A stretch of 63,668 nt of DNA, the filler included, from Octopus bimaculoides (Eukaryota), in assembly GCF_001194135.2 (NCBI RefSeq). It is 6 parts of 6 records of this genome, joined end to end, with 100 filler letters (N's around TTAATTAATTAA, not from the genome) between each part and the next. Parts side by side here need not be neighbours in the genome. Positions count along the whole stretch, not along the records: positions 8,764 to 24,996 come from NC_068989.1; positions 25,097 to 38,464 come from NC_068988.1; positions 38,565 to 59,152 come from NC_068985.1; 3 more parts are not named here. One strand, written 5' to 3'. Position 1 is the stretch's first letter; each line of letters starts with the position of its first letter. Shown in pieces: positions 24,674-38,637 of this stretch. The notes under the pieces are model-generated. The model made no database searches. It saw only the letters and a program-made list of their open reading frames with translations, and had not been told where the DNA came from. The translations under genes and the position numbers were made by a program.

Positions 24674-24996
24674 GTTGGCACTCCGTCGCTTACGACGTCG
24701 AGGGTTCCAGTTGATCCGATCAACGGAACAGCCTGCTCGTGAAATTAACGTGCAAGTGGCTGAGCACTCCACAGACACGTGTACCCTTAACGTAGTTCTC
24801 GGGGATATTCAGCGTGACACAGTGTGACAAGGCTGACCCTTTGAATTACAGGGACAACAGAAACAGGAAGTAAGAGTGAGAGAAAGTTGTGGTGAAAGAG
24901 TACAGCAGGGTTCGCCAACATCCCCTGCCGGAGTCTCGTGGAGTTTTAGGTGTTTTCGCTCAATAAACACTCACAACGCCCGGCCTGGGAATCGGA
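24674..24996 (-). mobile_element. SINE family B, head lost in a gap
   Basis: Near-identical to 20990-21310. Confidence 0.9.
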
Positions 24997-26758
24997 NNNN
25001 NNNNNNNNNNNNNNNNNNNNNNNNNNNNNNNNNNNNNNNNTTAATTAATTAANNNNNNNNNNNNNNNNNNNNNNNNNNNNNNNNNNNNNNNNNNNNGAGA
25101 GAGAAATACATGCATATCTATACGCATATATAAACATTCATACATGTATATGTATATATATATATGTATTTGTGTGTGTGTGTGTGTGCGTGTGTGTATG
25201 CTCGTGTGTGTGTGTATGTGCGTATGTGTATGTGTGTGTGTGTGCGTGTGTGTGCGTGCATACCCGATGCCTAGTTATATAGATATTAAAAGATATTAAT
25301 CAGAAGTGTGTGGAACACATTTCACGAAACTGTGGATGTATGTGTACGCGTATGAGACTATGTGTATATGTGACTCTTCGTGCTTGCGCTCTCACTTCTG
25401 TGTATGTGTGTACGCATGTATGCATGACACTTGGTTTGTTATATAATTTTCACTCTTAGCACGATTGTCATATAAATAAAATTTTGAATTCCACATCTAA
25501 TTATTTCATACACCTCTCCTCAGACGAAGAAGTATGCAATTACTAGATGTACATATATACATACGCGTACGTACATATGTACAACCTAATAAATTGTTTT
25601 CTGAAGCAATTACCATTCTACAAGTGGGATCAACACGTAGCGATTGGAAATATAAGAGAATGTAGCTAAAATATGTTATGGTTTAGTAAGAGAAGATCGA
25701 AATTACACTTGTATATCATAGTATCTTTTTGGAGCAAAATAAACAATGTATTCAGAGATACCTAATGTGGCCGGATGATATGTTATTCAGCGTGGCCATG
25801 AACTCCGATGCAACATGCAGAAGATTAATGTAATAACGATTAGATGTTGAAAAATAGTTATATATACATAGATAACTCCTTATATACATATATAACATAT
25901 ATAACATACGTACAAACTTACGTAAAGTAGTTTCTTCAATTATTTGAACGTAAACTTTCTTAGCCAGCTACAAGATTTTCTGATTCTGTGTGAATTCAAA
26001 TTTCTTCTGATGTTAGTGTCAACGATCTGCAACATTAATAATGTTGCATAAATTAGTTATTTGAAGCCACGACCCTCGCGTATTCTTTGTATCGTTAATG
26101 TATTCACCACTTTTGTAAAAAATAATTGATGTTTGGGATGACTCCTAACAAATATAAAACTAAAAAATTAATGAAGTCTCCTCGAAATGTTTTCGGACGA
26201 AATTTTATAAAGTCACGGAAGAAAGAAGCTGCATACATTCTTTAAAACCAGTCATCGGTCTGTTCCGCATCATCTATTCGTATTTAGTGATATTCGCCTT
26301 TGAGGTATCAATGTTATAACGTTGGAATAGAAAGGTGATTTTGTAAGTTTCTAACGTCAGTACAAGTGAAACCACCAAGTGGAGAAGTTGTTCAATTTTA
26401 GGTTGACTTTCACCTAGCATAAGCGTACAGTTATTACAGTTTTTGTCTGGGATATTTCCTAAATTCCATGTAAAATTTCCGTGTTCATGGCTTAAAGACC
26501 AACGTTTATTTATTATTCCTGAGAAAGTGTTTTAAAATAAAGCCTGAAACACAGGCACTATACGTGGTATGTGTGGATATGCTTGTTATTATATCTGCAT
26601 ATGAATGAATAAAGTACCTAATAGATGGTGTAAAACTACAGTACTCTACATTTTTTCACCACCGGCCGATTCCATGTAAGGCATTTTTTGTTATAGACTA
26701 GGAGATCATGCACATAACAAAACACAATAAATTGCATAATACAGGATTTAATTATTGC

Positions 26759-26759
<1 letters not shown>

Positions 26760-26802
<43 letters not shown>

Positions 26803-26808
26803 GGATTC

Positions 26809-26852
<44 letters not shown>

Positions 26853-26853
26853 C
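26760..26853. repeat. (GATA)n microsatellite
   Basis: Directly visible. Confidence 0.95.
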
Positions 26854-28616
26854 TACACATGTTTTTAATGCAAAAACACCGTCCAGACTGCAATAGTTTG
26901 TATAATGGCTTCGAATTTTGGCACAACTTTAGCAACTTCGGGGGAGGGGATAAGTCGTTTACATTTACTCCAGTACTCAACTGGTATTTAGTTTATCGAC
27001 GCCGAAAGAAGAAATGGCAAAGTCGATCTCGCCGTAATTTGAAGTCAGAACATGAAGACGGACGAAATACCGCTTAGTATTTCAATTTGCACTGCATCCT
27101 AACGAAACTGCTGCCTCACCACCTTAATAGTTTATATAATAGAAATAATATTTTGTAATTTTTTCTTTCGATCAGGTACCATATGAGCAATGGCCCATTA
27201 CTGCACCGCGGTCTAGTTGTTGGAGGGCACTGGGGAAACATGTTTTAATGGTGGCAGCATGGCCGAAAAGTTAACAAGTTCGCTTTACACTCACATGGTC
27301 ACTGGTTCAATCCCACTGCGTTGCGTCTAGAGTGATTGTCTTTAAATCATTACGTCGGGGTGAATATGTAGAGGAAGTCGTATAGAATCCGATCGTAGGC
27401 GTTGTATGCACTGTACTTATAATTCAGTAGTAAATGCTTTCATCTAAAAAAAGAAAAAACGAATATAGTTAATGGTGCAGGTATTTGTGGAATACCCAGT
27501 TATTTCAATGAAGAGACAATTGATCATCGAAACAGGCGGAGTTCCATTTAATTATTCAGAATTAAGATATTATTATTATTCTAACACATTTATTCACCTC
27601 AATGAATGAAGAAAAATAACATACAGCTGATCCTAAAGATCCCAAGTTTATTTTCGGATTAAGATAAATTTTAATCATCGGCGCAAAGCATGGAATTTTG
27701 TAGTAAGGACCAATCGATAACCTCGATCCCAATTTTCTGTAGGTATTTATTTTATCAACGCCGAGAAGACGAAACGCAAAATGGGCTTCAGGACGTAAGG
27801 ATAGACGAAATGCATTTTGTCCGGCATGCTAATGATGCTGCTAAATCGCCTCCTTTACTTTTATTATAATTAGACTTCAGCCAATATATCTAATCCTATC
27901 GGGACGTTAAAATTCACGTGAACATATGATATAACTTTGCATATATGGAGTTGAGCACTTATATTGCTAATGTATTTGCATATTAAAAACAGGATATGTT
28001 ATATGAATGTGTATATTACACCTATATTAGGGCCGTTCCAGTAGTTTAAAAGCATACTAAAGTGCAATTACAAAAATTAGGTATATACATGCATACATAC
28101 ATATATACATATATATATATATTTATACAAGAAACCTTACTGCTCCCTACGCTCCTTTCAACACCTCTGGCATATTAAATGTTAATTTATATATGTGTGT
28201 GTGTTGGCATTCATATGTGTGCGTGTGTGTGTGTGTGTGTGTATGTGTGTGTGTGTGTGGGGGGGTTTACGTAATTAAATACGGTTATGTATTTAACACA
28301 GAAAGCTCAGTATTTTCGCACTCTGTTTATTTGAAACATTTATATCAATATCTATACATATACAATATACTTTTCCTATTATCTTTATACGTTCAAATGT
28401 AAACATCGTGATTAGCTGCATCAGAGTCTATGGTGTACTATTGTAGGATTAACGACCATATACCAATAGTATATGGTATTTTATATTGTACAAGATCATA
28501 TTGATTTCACTGGAGATATCTAACTATTGACTTGTTTGCAGTACGTTACAATATCCATAATCTTATTAGAAAACTTACGTTCGATGAATCAAACACTTGA
28601 GTAAACAGCTACACAT

Positions 28617-28652
<36 letters not shown>

Positions 28653-28898
28653 NNNNNNNNNNNNNNNNNNNNNNNNNNNNNNNNNNNNNNNNNNNNNNNN
28701 NNNNNNNNNNNNNNNNNNNNNNNNNNNNNNNNNNNNNNNNNNNNNNNNNNNNNNNNNNNNNNNNNNNNNNNNNNNNNNNNNNNNNNNNNNNNNNNNNNNN
28801 NNNNNNNNNNNNNNNNNNNTGGTAGGTTACAATGTGTATAAGAAATTTAAAAAAAGGAAAATACACACACTTTACATAGTTTTAATATAGTTTTTAAT

Positions 28899-28933
28899 AT
28901 ATCGACCGGTTTCGCTTCCGCTATTCATGATAT
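28899..28933 (-). ncRNA. Minimal type I hammerhead ribozyme motif (Penelope type) with an A3-U8 core variant
   Basis: Minus strand reads AUAUC-AUGAAUA-GC-GGAA-GC-GAAA-CCGG-UC-GAUAU. Stem I is 5 bp, stem II is 2 bp capped by a GNRA loop, stem III is the palindrome ACCGGU, and the GUC triplet predicts cleavage between 28904 and 28903. Same strand as, and about 300 nt 3' of, the GIY-YIG ORF. Confidence 0.75.
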
Positions 28934-29071
28934 TATGGTTTACTTATTTGAATATGTTTTGTTCTTAAGAAGAAATTGCTGTCCATGTTTTGTGTGATTA
29001 TAGTTACTATAGTTACAAGTGAATGGCTTCACAAGTAGAAAAATAAGGGGAGGTAATTGGTTATCGTAATT

Positions 29072-29109
<38 letters not shown>

Positions 29110-29232
29110 GGGCAAGGGAGATAACTGTTCAGCTTTCGGTAAGAGGAGGGGAATATATATGTGTACACAGACACACACAAAAGAAAAAGGTGCTGTAATC
29201 GTGAATTGATATATGTTAAAAGATAAAAGTAT

Positions 29233-29530
29233 TTATGCGTGCATATGAAGACGTATTCTGTATTTTTCAATGAAAGAAGTTTCTTTATTTAAGCGTTCTT
29301 GTGAAGAGAGTGTGTCTTTGCACTGGTAGAAGGGGAAGACTGTGAAATTTGGTTTGATGTTATCTGCACATTTTTCTATATATTCACTGAGAGGAATTTG
29401 CCTGTACTGCGGGAAACGGATTTGCTCTTTATGTAGAGTGGTTCTTCTCAATGTCATACTCGTCTGTCCAATATAGTTATGTCCGCAACTCGAGCCGGTT
29501 ATTACATAAATTAGGTTCTCGTAAATCACT
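29233..29530 (-). mobile_element. Penelope-like element GIY-YIG endonuclease remnant
   Basis: ORF 29233-29547: ENLIYVITGSSCGHNYIGQTSMTLRRTTLHKEQIR...ERLNKETSFIEKY. Shows the LIY...YIGQT motif, the conserved Arg/His and the catalytic Glu region. Confidence 0.9.
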
Positions 29531-29542
29531 GCACAGTGAATC

Positions 29543-29641
29543 ATCAATGAAGAAGGAGACCAAACCCAACTCCAGTCTGATCTATATGCTGTGAGTCAAT
29601 GGGCAGACAAAAACAAAATTAAATTGAACGAGGGAAAATTT
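29543..29641 (+). mobile_element. CR1-group LINE reverse transcriptase fragment, running into a gap
   Basis: INEEGDQTQLQSDLYAVSQWADKNKIKLNEGKF matches the LQ.DL....W...N.M.FN..K segment that follows YADD in CR1/L2 RTs. Confidence 0.75.
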
Positions 29642-30597
29642 NNNNNNNNNNNNNNNNNNNNNNNNNNNNNNNNNNNNNNNNNNNNNNNNNNNNNNNNNNN
29701 NNNNNNNNNNNNNNNNNNNNNNNNNNNNNNNNNNNNNNNNNNNNNNNNNNNNNNNNNNNNNNNNNNNNNNNNNNNNNNNNNNNNNNNNNNNNNNNNNNNN
29801 NNNNNNNNNNNNNNNNNNNNNNNNNNNNNNNNNNNNNNNNNNNNNNNNNNNNNNNNNNNNNNNNNNNNNNNNNNNNNNNNNNNNNNNNNNNNNNNNNNNN
29901 NNNNNNNNNNNNNNNNNNNNNNNNNNNNNNNNNNNNNNNNNNNNNNNNNNNNNNNNNNNNNNNNNNNNNNNNNNNNNNNNNNNNNNNNNNNNNNNNNNNN
30001 NNNNNNNNNNNNNNNNNNNNNNNNNNNNNNNNNNNNNNNNNNNNNNNNNNNNNNNNNNNNNNNNNNNNNNNNNNNNNNNNNNNNNNNNNNNNNNNNNNNN
30101 NNNNNNNNNNNNNNNNNNNNNNNNNNNNNNNNNNNNNNNNNNNNNNNNNNNNNNNNNNNNNNNNNNNNNNNNNNNNNNNNNNNNNNNNNNNNNNNNNNNN
30201 NNNNNNNNNNNNNNNNNNNNNNNNNNNNNNNNNNNNNNNNNNNNNNNNNNNNNNNNNNNNNNNNNNNNNNNNNNNNNNNNNNNNNNNNNNNNNNNNNNNN
30301 NNNNNNNNNNNNNNNNNNNNNNNNNNNNNNNNNNNNNNNNNNNNNNNNNNNNNNNNNNNNNNNNNNNNNNNNNNNNNNNNNNNNNNNNNNNNNNNNNNNN
30401 NNNNNNNNNNNNNNNNNNNNNNNNNNNNNNNNNNNNNNNNNNNNNNNNNNNNNNNNNNNNNNNNNNNNNNNNNNNNNNNNNNNNNNNNNNNNNNNNNNNN
30501 NNNNNNNNNNNNNGTGTATGTGTGTGTGTTGTGGGTGTGTGTTTGTGTGTGTGTGCGTGCGTGTGTGTGCGTGTGTCTGTGTGTGTATAAATAAGCA

Positions 30598-30638
<41 letters not shown>

Positions 30639-31986
30639 GTTATATAGTTATAGAGTTATCAGAAGAATGAACGAATTTGAGAAAGTGACAGGAAGAGATA
30701 ACCGCAAAAAGCGCAAAAGTACGACAGCTAATGATGATGATGGAGATAAAGAGAAAAAAAGTTGAGATTAAGAGAGCCGGTGTAAAGAGATAGAGGGATA
30801 TAACAGAATAATGAAAGAGAAAAAAGATGAGAAAGATTGGTGAGAACAGAAGAGTATAGTAGAAAAAGAAGGAAAGAGAAATTGAAACAGAAGAATAGTG
30901 AGGGAGAGGGAGGGAGAACAAGCGAGAGAAAGAGGGAGAGAGAGAGAGGAGAGATAATGATGGTAAATGTATGATGGTGTGGCTTGATAAAAGGACAAGA
31001 TGAAAAGAGATAGAGCGTACAAGTTCAGACGGTAGCGTTTCAAGTTGAGACTCGTCAAAGACATGTTGTACATAGTTCATTGTGTTGCATGTTTTATGTG
31101 AAAGAATTGTACAGTAACGCTAACTACGAAATGAAAAGAAGCAGCAACGCGTACAACAGCGACGATAAAGACAACAACGAAAACAACAACATCATCTACA
31201 TATACATCAATAATAGCAAAAACAATACCAACATATAAAAGACGATGGAAGAAAAGGGAAAGGAATGAATTGAAAATTAGGAACGACAAGCATAGTCAAA
31301 GACAAGAAAAGTAGACATGTGAAAGGATAAAATTTGATGAATAGAAAGCAGCGAAAACGATGTATGTATGTATGTATGTATGTATGTTGTAGGTATATAT
31401 ATATANNNNNNNNNNNNNNNNNNNNNNNNNNNNNNNNNNNNNNNNNNNNNNNNNNNNNNNNNNNNNNNNNNNNNNNNNNNNNNNNNNNNNNNNNNNNNNN
31501 NNNNNNNNNNNNNNNNNNNNNNNNNNNNNNNNNNNNNNNNNNNNNNNNNNNNNNNNNNNNNNNNNNNNNNNNNNNNNNNNNNNNNNNNNNNNNNNNNNNN
31601 NNNNNNNNNNNNNNNNNNNNNNNNNNNNNNNNNNNNNNNNNNNNNNNNNNNNNNNNNNNNNNNNNNNNNNNNNNNNNNNNNNNNNNNNNNNNNNNNNNNN
31701 NNNNNNNNNNNNNNNNNNNNNNNNNNNNNNNNNNNNNNNNNNNNNNNNNNNNNNNNNNNNNNNNNGTGTGTGTGTATATGTCTATATATATATATATATA
31801 TGTGTGTATATGTGTATATATATATATTTAGATAGATAGATACAGAGAGAGAGAGATGGAGTGACAGAATGGATAACAAAAAAGCAACCGAATGCATGAA
31901 TAAATGAAAGACTGAACAGTCTACGCACAAATAAAAGAGAAAAGTAAGGTGCCAGCAGACAGACAGACAGACAGACAGACAGACAC

Positions 31987-32032
<46 letters not shown>

Positions 32033-32999
32033 ATAGATCCATCAGACAAAAAAGAAAGAGGAATGAAAACAATAGATAATGTGTCTTATCCATTCTTTAT
32101 TACATTTATTTGTCCCAACTTATAAATCACATTCTGCTTGTGTTAGTGAATTTCTATGTTATAAAAACCATACATAATTTATGGAGGGTGATAAACTAGA
32201 CATGCGCAGGAGTTCTACAACAAATTTAAGATTTAATGTAGAAAGGCTTTTGGAAATACACGCATACAGAAACACAAGCACACCAGTACACACGCGTATA
32301 CACAGACACACTTACACGCACTCGTACATAAATGCACGCGCGTGCATATGTGTGTACACCACACACACATATATACATATGTACGTGTGTGTGTGTGTGT
32401 ATGCGTGTGTGTGGGGGCTGCGTGGCTTTGTGTTTAGGGTGTTGCACTCACGATCTAGAGGTCATGATTTCAATTCCATGACCGTATGGTACGTTGTGTT
32501 CATGATCCCTAAAAATTTGATTTCATGCTGCTCTGCGATCACTTTGACACCTGACGTATGGTATACAGTGCGCATGTTCAGACAAATTCGATTTCATGGC
32601 GAGTGTTAGTGAACATTCAATCAGTATGAACAAAGTATTCGGCAAAAACTGAGTGCTCATACGTCGTCTTCAACGAGAGATTCCTTCCTTTCATATCTTC
32701 CTTTTTTTCTCACTTCTCTCAGCCTTCCTTTGTCTCTCTCGACATATAACTCTCTCCCTCTCACCTCACCTTCTCCTTCTCACCTCACCCTCTCCTTCAT
32801 ATACTTCTCATTTTCCTCCTCTTCTCACTCCGTCTCTGCCTTTTCCTCACACCCTTCATTATCTTCTCTCTGTCTCTCTTTCTCTTCCCCTCCTTTCCCT
32901 CCCTCTGTCTCCCTATCGCTCTATACCCCCTTTCTCTTTCTTCATATCACCCTCTCTCTTTCCTTCATATCTCCTTCTCTTTTTCCCTCCCTCTCTCCC

Positions 33000-34330
33000 T
33001 CTGCTGCACTGAAGATCAATGGCTTCTGTAGAACCATTGAGCAGATAGAGCAGAAGAAAAATGAATTCATCCGTTCCTATGCCCTTATTAGACCACACTT
33101 GGACACTCTTGATGTCATAATGGAAAACTACTAAGGATAGGGAGAACTAAGAAAAATCCAGAAATCTCTTTGATCCAGTGGTTCCCCAAAAGAATGGATC
33201 CCCCACCACTGTAAACAACCAGGCTGATAAGGATAGGGAAACTAAGGAAGCGGCAACAAGAAGCCCCTCTGTGCCAGTGGGCCTACAAAGGGACGGAGTC
33301 ATCAACCCATTGGACAACCACAGGAATGCAAGTGCAACCACCAGAAAAGGAAGGGAAAGAACACGAGCACAAACACAAAGAAGGAAGGGGAGGAAAAGGA
33401 AAAGGAAAAAATGGAATAACTAAAACCGAAACCCCGAACCATCAAACAAACAAACAGAAAACGCAAACATGGAGGTTCCAATGGAATCCGAAACTCTAGT
33501 GGGGAGAATACATTTGGAGGGAACTCAAGGACCTGCGAATTTTACCTGCAACACAAATGTTGGCATGGAGAAGACAGTACAAACCGCCGTTTGTTCACCC
33601 GAGATCGTGTGAAAACTACAGGGGCCTTAAGGAGACATACTTACCTGAGGAAAGGTACCAATCGCCTCCAAAGACAAAACATACAAATGCAGTGCGCTGT
33701 TTAGATGTTATGCGCTGTTTAGATGCTATGCGCAAGGTAACAGCTGAGCAAGAGACTTTTTTGTGCATAGTGCAAAGGTTAGTGAAGCAGCTGACCTGGT
33801 TACATCAAGCGCAAGCAACGAACCTTGCCCACCACCGCGCATTACCACTACAAACGCCTGCAGAATGGTCACGCCAATAATTTTTTACAATATATTGGAA
33901 GCCTGTTGCATCACAACAACTAAAGCAAAATTATTTTCCTGGGAGACCTTGCTGCATGCAATCAAGCCCTCTGCATAGCACTCGTGGAAACTCATCTGAG
34001 CCCTGACATAGAGGATGCGGAAGTATGCGTACAAAAACATACAACTCTGCGAACAGACAGAAGGGCAAGGAACCATGCTGGAGTTACTGTATACATCTGT
34101 GAAGACCTCACAACCCCAGGTATTACTGTTATAATCAAATTCAGTATGCAACGCTCTAATTGTATACATAAGACAGCACAATATAGTCATATGCAATACA
34201 TATCGCCCACCAGATGCTCCAAACCACATAGGCAAGTTTGGCGATGCCTTACAAGAATTACAGAAATCCTCATGGAACTGGAACACCATGTGTGCGTATT
34301 TCTTATGGGACATTGCTGCAATCATCATAA
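33000..34330 (+). mobile_element. CR1-group LINE 5' fragment: ORF1 with CCCH zinc fingers plus APE endonuclease (pseudogene)
   Basis: ORF1 reads TCEFYLQHKCWHGEDSTN/PFVHPRSC (about 33530-33610), with a second decayed finger at about 33700-33770. The endonuclease reads CIALVETHLSPDIEDAEV...LRTDR...HAGVTVYI...NTYRPPD. Confidence 0.8.
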
Positions 34331-34432
34331 CACATATAACTAGTCAAATTGAAAATAGTGAAAGTTGCTAACGTTTGCTTCGTTTTATTTACTGAAGATA
34401 TTTAAATCATGATTTTGCTTTCATTTTTGTAG

Positions 34433-34533
34433 TTGCGTTTGATTTAAATGACATTGAAAAACTGTTATCAAAGTTTTGTCAAGCTCTATACATGGATCTG
34501 CATTTGATTTAGCCAAATCTATCCTTTAAAATG
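34433..34533 (+). other. Candidate non-coding or 5'UTR exon ending in ATG
   Basis: Acceptor gattttgctttcatttttgtag and donor AAAATG|GTGAGT. All three frames contain stops before the terminal ATG. Splice motifs only; no expression evidence. Confidence 0.25.
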
Positions 34534-36469
34534 GTGAGTATACGGGAAATATTGAAAACAAACAATCGAGTTTGCGAAACGTTTTGAAGTGATATATCAA
34601 AACGGATATAATTTCTGAATGCATCACCCTCAAATTACTAGGAAACATATCTCCAATATCGGACAACAAAACACTTGTTGTCCAGTGTAATCGATCGTTA
34701 TGTTGTTTCGTTTTCATTTTTTTTTCTTTTTCATTTGGAACGACACAGCGCATGACTTTTTGCAGGCGGGACTGGACTATTCGAAAGAAAGGAAGAAAAC
34801 ATTCTTAAACCGGGGACTTGGTTACTTGCAATCCTACACACTTTCATCCTACGCAAGCCTGACCTTCTTACTTCTACTAACAGCGGTTCTGTGGAATGTT
34901 TTACATACCATGCTAAGTTCTTTCTTTCTGCTCTAATGCTGTGTTCGCATCGAATAAGTCCTCTTCCCACTCTCTTTCTTGGTCACGATATCTGCAAGTG
35001 TGCACTCCTCTAAAAGCAACCAAGCCCCTAGTTAAAACTGTTAAATCGAGTGACAGCATATTATAGAGAGATGTAATTTCAGAACGTCAAAAGCTGAGAC
35101 AAAAGCTGCCAAGAGTCTGGTCTGGCATTATTGCAGTTCTGTGATATAACCACCTTGTGTTGCTCCTCTTTTTTATATCTATCTTAAAATAACAAAGAGA
35201 AAAACTGGCTTTAACAGGACTTGAATTCAGCAAAACATTCTGTCCGTCGCTGTAACAATTCTACAAATTCTTACCTTAATCAGTAGGAATAGGTTATCAA
35301 ACTATGCACAATCCCAGATCTGCGTAAGAAATAGCAACCAAATACAACGAAGATCTCGAAAACAAAAATTTTCAGTTGAAAGAATTACAAACTTCACAAA
35401 CAAACAAAACACTTTACGTGGTCGCTCAACCTGGTAAAAATTAAAGAAAAGGAAAATACAGTGGGTAATGTAGTCGTAGATGTACTATGTATGAACATAT
35501 ATCATGATGGTTATGTCTTCGTCGTAGGTCTACTTCCTCAAAATTTATCCTGGGTTAAGCAACAACAGAAACATTGATAGTTTACTAAACAGCATTGACC
35601 ATAAAAGGGAAACCAAGTTCGAGTATAATCGAAGAAATGTTTCCTTCATAGAATTTCAAAGTCAGAAAGAAAACATACAACACTAGTCACGATAAGAATG
35701 ATTTTATTTTTACATTGCGAAACAGGAAATAAGCGGTCTTATATGAAAGCGTTGAATGCTATAACGTTACTAAGAAAATACAATATAGAAAAAAAAACTA
35801 CAAAATTATTTAAATCACAATATCCTGGAAATTATATACGAACCATACATATATCTTTATATTAGACTTGGGAAATCACTTTTTTTACTAATAGCAGATG
35901 ATAATCAGTTCCTAAAAGAATAGAAAAATCTATGCAAATATATAGTACTAGAAATAAAGATAACCTGAATGAAAACCTGAAATCGGAATATTAGCCACCT
36001 TGTTAACGTTTAGAAAAACAGGCAGAGAAACCATAATCAAAGCTGCAGAACTACGAATACAAAAAATATAGCAATTGACACTACAAGCCACTTCATCCAT
36101 GCTGCGTAGATAACGTTCAATATGAAAGAAAACACACAAGCTAAACAAAACCTGCACGTACTCAAAGATAAACATCTACTTTGTTAGTAATTCTAGTAAT
36201 ATTAATAAATATTGGTAACTCTGGCATCTTCACAAAACCTGAAAATTTGGCGAGGGATACCAGTGGATTAATCAGACCTCAGCATTTTACTGGATTTCAG
36301 ATTATCGATGCCAGATGGATGAAAACCAAAGCTGAGATTACTATGGCGTGATATGAATTCATAATACAGAGTTGGACAAAAATTCTGAACAGTATTGCAT
36401 TCAACTCGCAACTGATTTTCTAATCCAGCGCCATTAACAAGAAGAACGACAACAGAAACAGCAGCAACA

Positions 36470-36471
36470 CA

Positions 36472-36503
<32 letters not shown>

Positions 36504-36527
36504 CAACAACAACACCAACAACAACAA

Positions 36528-36581
<54 letters not shown>

Positions 36582-36615
36582 CAGAAGCATCAGCAGCAGT
36601 AGTAGTAGTAGTTGC

Positions 36616-36652
<37 letters not shown>

Positions 36653-36655
36653 AAA
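36470..36655. repeat. (AAT)(AAC)(AGT) compound microsatellite
   Basis: Directly visible. Confidence 0.95.
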
Positions 36656-38564
36656 GTGGTACGAATATAAACCCAAAGGTATCATCGAAAATGAAAATGC
36701 AAAGATCCTATGGGCTTTGATGCTTAATTGCGACTACGAGATAGAGAATAGGAAACTAGACATAGTGTTAATTGAGAAAGTAAGAAAACGATACTGGATC
36801 ATAGATATAGCATGCCCATCTGACAACAAGGTATGCGATTAGGAAGAAAGAAAAGTCGAGAGATATAACAGGTTAGCTTGAGAGGTTAAGCAGTTGTCGT
36901 CGCTGAAATATAAGGGGCGTTACCTTAGTGAACAGCTGACACCGTAGTGCATCTCCAACATTAGAAGCTGTGCAAAAACAATAAAATAATAATTATAATT
37001 ATAATCCTTTATGCTAAAGGCACAAGGCCTGACATTTGGGGGAGGGGCATAGTCGATTACATCGACCCCATTACTCACGTGATATTTATTTTATCGACCC
37101 CGAATTGATAAAAGACAAAGTGAAGAGATACAGAAATTTTACATTATCTCAGGTGACCACGATATAGCTAGCAAGAAGCACCACAATATTTATAATTCAG
37201 TTTCACGTTTGGGTTTCTTGAGAATGTGAATGACATGAATTAAAGTCGAGTGAACACTAGCTGGGATTCGAGATTGTATTTCTAATGTCTTCGTACTACA
37301 CATTACAATCTAAATATAACAACCTTACAAAAATTGGCACTACTTGAAACTACCCAAGTTGGAGGAAAAGTTTTCTCTACTCATCACCATATAAGTTGAT
37401 AGAAACTCGCTAGTATGTACCTGATCGACAATTGAAAACGGGCACACAGATAGGTGTCTGATTCTAAACTAAAAACTTATATGAAATAATAAATTGGTGA
37501 AAATCACAATAACCGAAACAATAATTTTTCATATAATAATCACCATGACGATGGTCGCTATAGAGAAATAACATTGTGATTATATCTGAAAGTAGTACGT
37601 TAAAGAAACGAGAAAATGTTAACTGGAATGAAATAGTATTCCTCTCAAGCTTCACCAAACAAACGAAAAAGAGTCAGTGAAGTGAAAGAAAATTTAATCG
37701 ATGAAAGGCAAACAAAGGTGCATGCTGTTTAAGGAAATTTAAATAAAAAGATGTATTTGATGCCACATATTCTTTCTTTTCTTTCTTCCTTTAAAGAAAT
37801 ATAGAAATTCTTTGCTTGTGTTTACTGAAACATTAGTAAAATTATGAAATAGAAGAGAAAAACGAAAAGGGGAGGAGACAAATGATACATAATTTGAAAA
37901 GTAAGATGTAGCTATATGATAAAAATAAATGTTCATCCTCGTTGAGAAACGTAAACAATCTTAATGAAAAATAAGTTTTAGATCCTGTGTTTCCACGAGT
38001 AGCAAATTGGAATCGTACAGAATAGTTTATAGTCTTCTTAGATCTTCATCAGAATGAGATTATTCGTCTTCTGTCTACAGAGAAATTAGTAGTTTATAGT
38101 AATGGACTACAAGCTATAACTTACTAGTCTATACACTATATATTTATAAAATTGTATTTGTTGTTAAAAGGTTCAACAAGTAAAAGAACTCCATACATCT
38201 CAGAGCTATGAATTCTTTATACAATGTCGTAAATATCTGAATTACAACTACAGTATTATGTATGAACAAATGTATTTGGAGAAAATCGGAAATTTCTGAA
38301 TTAAATCACCACACTGTTTGCATGCATACTCATATAATCTGCTAACCAGCAGTCAATAATATTAACTGAATTACGCTATTAGACCGCCATGTCGGGGGAA
38401 ATTCAACAGTATTAGTGCCAAACAGTTTTTAGTTTTAGTTTTATAGATGTTAGGTTTGTTGAATNNNNNNNNNNNNNNNNNNNNNNNNNNNNNNNNNNNN
38501 NNNNNNNNTTAATTAATTAANNNNNNNNNNNNNNNNNNNNNNNNNNNNNNNNNNNNNNNNNNNN

Positions 38565-38596
<32 letters not shown>

Positions 38597-38598
38597 AT

Positions 38599-38637
<39 letters not shown>

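Noticed and set aside
37975-38055. Minus-strand CTGATGA...GAAAC, suggesting another hammerhead
   Set aside because: Stems I, II and III do not pair.
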